Assembly (NCBI RefSeq): GCF_006345805.1
Contig: NC_042999.1
Span: 153,822,001 to 153,886,000, forward strand
DNA from: Octopus sinensis
Taxonomy: Eukaryota
DNA length: 64,000 nt
Direction of reading: 5' to 3'
The position numbers and the translations under genes were made by a program. The notes beneath the pieces are model-generated. The model saw only the letters and a list, made by a program, of their open reading frames with translations. It did not search any database and was not told the origin of the DNA. Below are positions 60,421 to 64,000 of the stretch, one piece after another. Positions within the stretch are counted from its first letter, which is position 1. Each line of letters starts with the position of its first letter.

Positions 60421-63400
60421 TCACACACCATATATATATATATATATATACAGATAGATAGATAGATAGATACTTATTATTTGTGAACAAGGATATCACT
60501 GACAGTGACTTTCAGCCAGCTAACCCAGTAGTCTGATGATGGCTTCTGGCTTAAACTTCAAAAATCCCTGTCCATGATTTTCATCATCATCATCGTTTAA
60601 CATCCGTTTTCCATGCTAGCATGGGTTGGACCGTTCGACTGGGGTCTGGTAAGTCAGGAGGCTGCACCAGGTTCTAGTCTGATCTGGCAGTGTTTCTACA
60701 GCTGGATGCTCTTCCTAACGCCAACCACTCCGTGAGTGTAGTGGGTGCTTTTTACGTGCCACTGGCACAGGGGCCAGAGGAGGCTGGCAATGGCCACGAT
60801 CAGTTGGTGCTTTTTATGTGTCACCTGCATAGACGCCAGTTCAGATGGTGCTTTTTAAATTTGTAAGTTACAAAAGTATAAAGCAACCCATCAGATTAAT
60901 GTAAAATTATTTTTACTATAACTGAATATAAAGACAAACATTAACATACATATATAAACGTGCGTGTGTGTGTATATTTTACATATGTCCATTTTGCAAA
61001 TATGTGTGAGTGTACAGGGTACATGGTTTTTGTAGCATTCGGTAATGAGTCTACTTTTTTCTTTAACTTTTTTTGTTTTAGTCCCAAGAAAAAGGCTTTG
61101 ACTTCAAACATAAGGAAGTCAGATGATTTGGAATTTAGATGCTGTGATAAGAAAACTGCAATGATTTGGCTACATGATAAGAATTGATGATGTATTCAGG
61201 GTGAAAAATGCGGTACCATTGAGTGGGTAGGAAGGAGTGCTGAACAGTAAATACAGTGAAATAGATAGACAGTGTTAGGTCAGGAAATAGATAAGAAGAA
61301 CTAACAAAGGACAGGTCAGCTTGGAAGTTGCGGTACCACAGCAGCCCCACCTAAATTAGGGGTGGCAGGAAAACTGATGATGATTATGATAGTAATATAA
61401 CGATAATGATGATGATGATAATTATGATGAAGATGATGTTAATGATGAAAATGATGATGATTGTGATGACGAAAGTGATGATTGTAGCAGTGTTGGTAAT
61501 ATGACAATATCTTAAACATTAAGAAGGCAGAGTATAGAAAAAAAGGAGGATGGAGGGGGAGCAGAGACAGAGAGAAAAAGGTTCAATCTTGATAGTGGGT
61601 TGGTACTATATTTATTGACCCTGAGAGGATGAAAGCTGAAGTTGAACCACAGCAGAATTTAAAACACGAAATACTGACTGCAGAGTGCTGTAAAAATTCT
61701 GCTAGTCTACTGCTCAAGTCAGTTGTAGTAGCAGTAGTGATTGATAGTGCTGAATGAAAATAACAGGGTGTTTTATCATGATATCATGATACAAATAGGT
61801 AAGCAATAATAAGCAAAATTTAAAAATGAAAGCATAATTCCCCAAGCAGCAATACACACACACACACACACACACTCGCGTGTATGTGCTCATCTTTGCT
61901 GTTCTTTCACCAAATTGCATACAATTCCATCAATAAATACAAGGAACTACATCAAAATATCACTGTTTTTTTTTATGTCTGCTTTCGATATTGATATAAA
62001 GTAGATAGATCTATAAAATAGGACAAAGTAATAAAATATTAAGATATATCTATAAAAATAATCGCAGGAGTGGCTACAGGCACAAGAATGGGTGTGGGGT
62101 AAGAAGCTTGCTTCCCAACAATATAGTTTTGGGTTCAGTACCACTGCATGGCACATCTATAGCCTTGAACTGACCAAAGCCTTGTGAGTGGATTTGGTAG
62201 ATGGAAACTGAAAGAAACCCATCATATATGTGTGTGTGTGTTATTTGTGTCTGTTTGTCTCTCCATCATCGCTTGACAACTGATGTTGGTGTGTTTATGT
62301 CCCAGTCACTAAGCGGATTGACAAAAGAGACTGATAGAATAAGTGGTATTCTAATATTGGGGTTGATAAAATAGGTACCAGAACTTCGCTTTCTTTTCAA
62401 AACTGCTGGCCTTGTGCCAAACTTAGCAAGCTTTTCAACTAGGCCTGTGTGCTATTTCTTGCATAAGATAGGTCTATAACTCAGACAAATGAACAAAGCC
62501 ATCAAGGAGATAGGTACAGCAGCTGAGACTAACTCAAGCTGGCTGTGGTTGATAAGACACCACAAGTGGAACCCTTTCATAGGTGAACACAAGCTCAGTT
62601 CTCACTGGCCCACTTAGGTAAAGCAACAGGCTAAGGGGCAACATGCTTGTGACTCTGAGACACCTGCTGATAATACAGAAGGGTTTCTAGCATTGCAATG
62701 AATTTAAAAGAGCTTGGAAACCTATGAGTAGCTTCTACAGGCTCTGCATGGGGCATATTATTATTATTGATTTCTGCGATTCAGATATATAGTAAATGGA
62801 ATGTAATTATAGTCAAACCATTCACATTCTTCAAGGAATCAATACTAATTTGTAGATTCAGCTCACTGAAGGCTTACAGCTTACGTTATAGTATTACTTT
62901 AGTTTTAATAACAGCAAATTAATAGAAAGTTCTTAGAATGGTACAAACAGCAATATCTTACAGCATGGTGTTATTAGAATTTCGTTAAATAGCTTATATT
63001 ATTGTCATAGAATAGCAGAAACATTTAACTAAATATATTACTCTACGATATTATCAAAATTTCAAAGCTATGTGGTTAAGAAGTTTGTCTAGCAACCACA
63101 TGGTTTCAGGTTCAGTTCCATTGTGCAGCTGCTTGGGTGTCTTTGGGTGAGTCTCTACCTGGGTACAACAACAACAAGTGTACTCAGAGCGCAAACCTCC
63201 ACCAAGGCAACACCAATGTCCTCTCAACGATTAGCCAAAGATGATTTTGTGGACTCGTGGTCGTAGGATCGCGGTTTTGATTCCCAGACCAGGTGTTGTG
63301 AGTGTTTATTGAGCAAAAACACCTAAAGCTCCACGAGGATTTGACAGGGGGTAGTGGCGAACCCTGCTGTACTCTTTCACCATAACTTTCTCTCACTCTT

Positions 63401-64000
63401 TCTTCCTGCTTCTGTTGTACCTGTATTTCAAAGGGCCAGCCTTGTCACACTGTGTCACACAGAATCTCCCCAAGAACTACGTTAAGGGTACATGTGTCTG
63501 TGGAGTGCTCAGCCACTTGCATGTTATTTTCACAAGCAGGCTCTTCCGTTGATCGAATCAACTGGAACCCTTGTCGTCGCAACCGATAGAGTGCAACGAT
63601 GGGCCAACCAATTAGCATTTGGCTTATCATCTATATTCTGAGACCCCCTTCAGGCACGACACAGACCATGGGATTGCACCTAGAAAGTTACCCTCCCAGA
63701 CACAAGTCCGGGCAAGGTTGTTTATGGAAGACCAGCAGTCACTCATGCATACCGGCCTCCCCTCTCCATGCCACCAGTGTTATCAAGGGAAAGGCAAAGG
63801 CCGATACAGCTTGGCACCAATGACGTCGCAACTCATTTCTACAGCTGAGTGAACTGGAGCAACGTGAGATAAAGTGTCTTGCACAAGAACACAACATGCA
63901 GCCTGGTCCAGGATTCGAGCTCACAACCTCACTATCGTAAGCTCGACGCTCTAACCACTGAGCCATGTGCCTTCACATCTATATATAAATACACTAACAC

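Noticed and set aside
61130-61350. Possible L2/CR1 3' remnant; similar hints at 22860-23160, 49060-49240, 52340-52570
   Set aside because: Too decayed to support a call without a search

Overview
Eukaryotic, AT-rich, repeat-dense DNA. The repeat families look like Octopus (inferred from recalled repeats, not from a search). The whole window lies inside one minus-strand host gene, an adenosylhomocysteinase-like (AHCYL1/2, IRBIT-type) gene. Eight consecutive GT-AG exons join in frame (52064-52164, 42970-43041, 26402-26527, 23699-23875, 22023-22069, 21135-21198, 15728-15816, 6368-6438; 747 nt, 249 codons). The N- and C-terminal exons lie outside the window. The largest intron carries a ~6.6-kb near-complete antisense Helitron (TC...CTAG ends at an A|T site). 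Its intronless RepHel frame (zinc-finger motif, HUH Rep, Pif1 helicase) is broken by 3 TGA stops and 3 frameshifts and has a 49-aa Ala-rich N-terminal repeat. The rest is SINEs, RTE, CR1/L2-like and R4/Dong LINE ends, TTAA (piggyBac-type) and hAT MITEs, non-autonomous rolling-circle elements, fold-back elements and very long (TA)n tracts. About 1.5 kb, including one exon, is duplicated across a 100-N gap, probably an assembly or haplotype artefact. I found no evidence for a wholly new multi-gene system. The best leads are the Helitron, several perfect fold-backs, a minisatellite born inside a LINE reading frame, a templated insertion and a SINE-LINE tail partnership.
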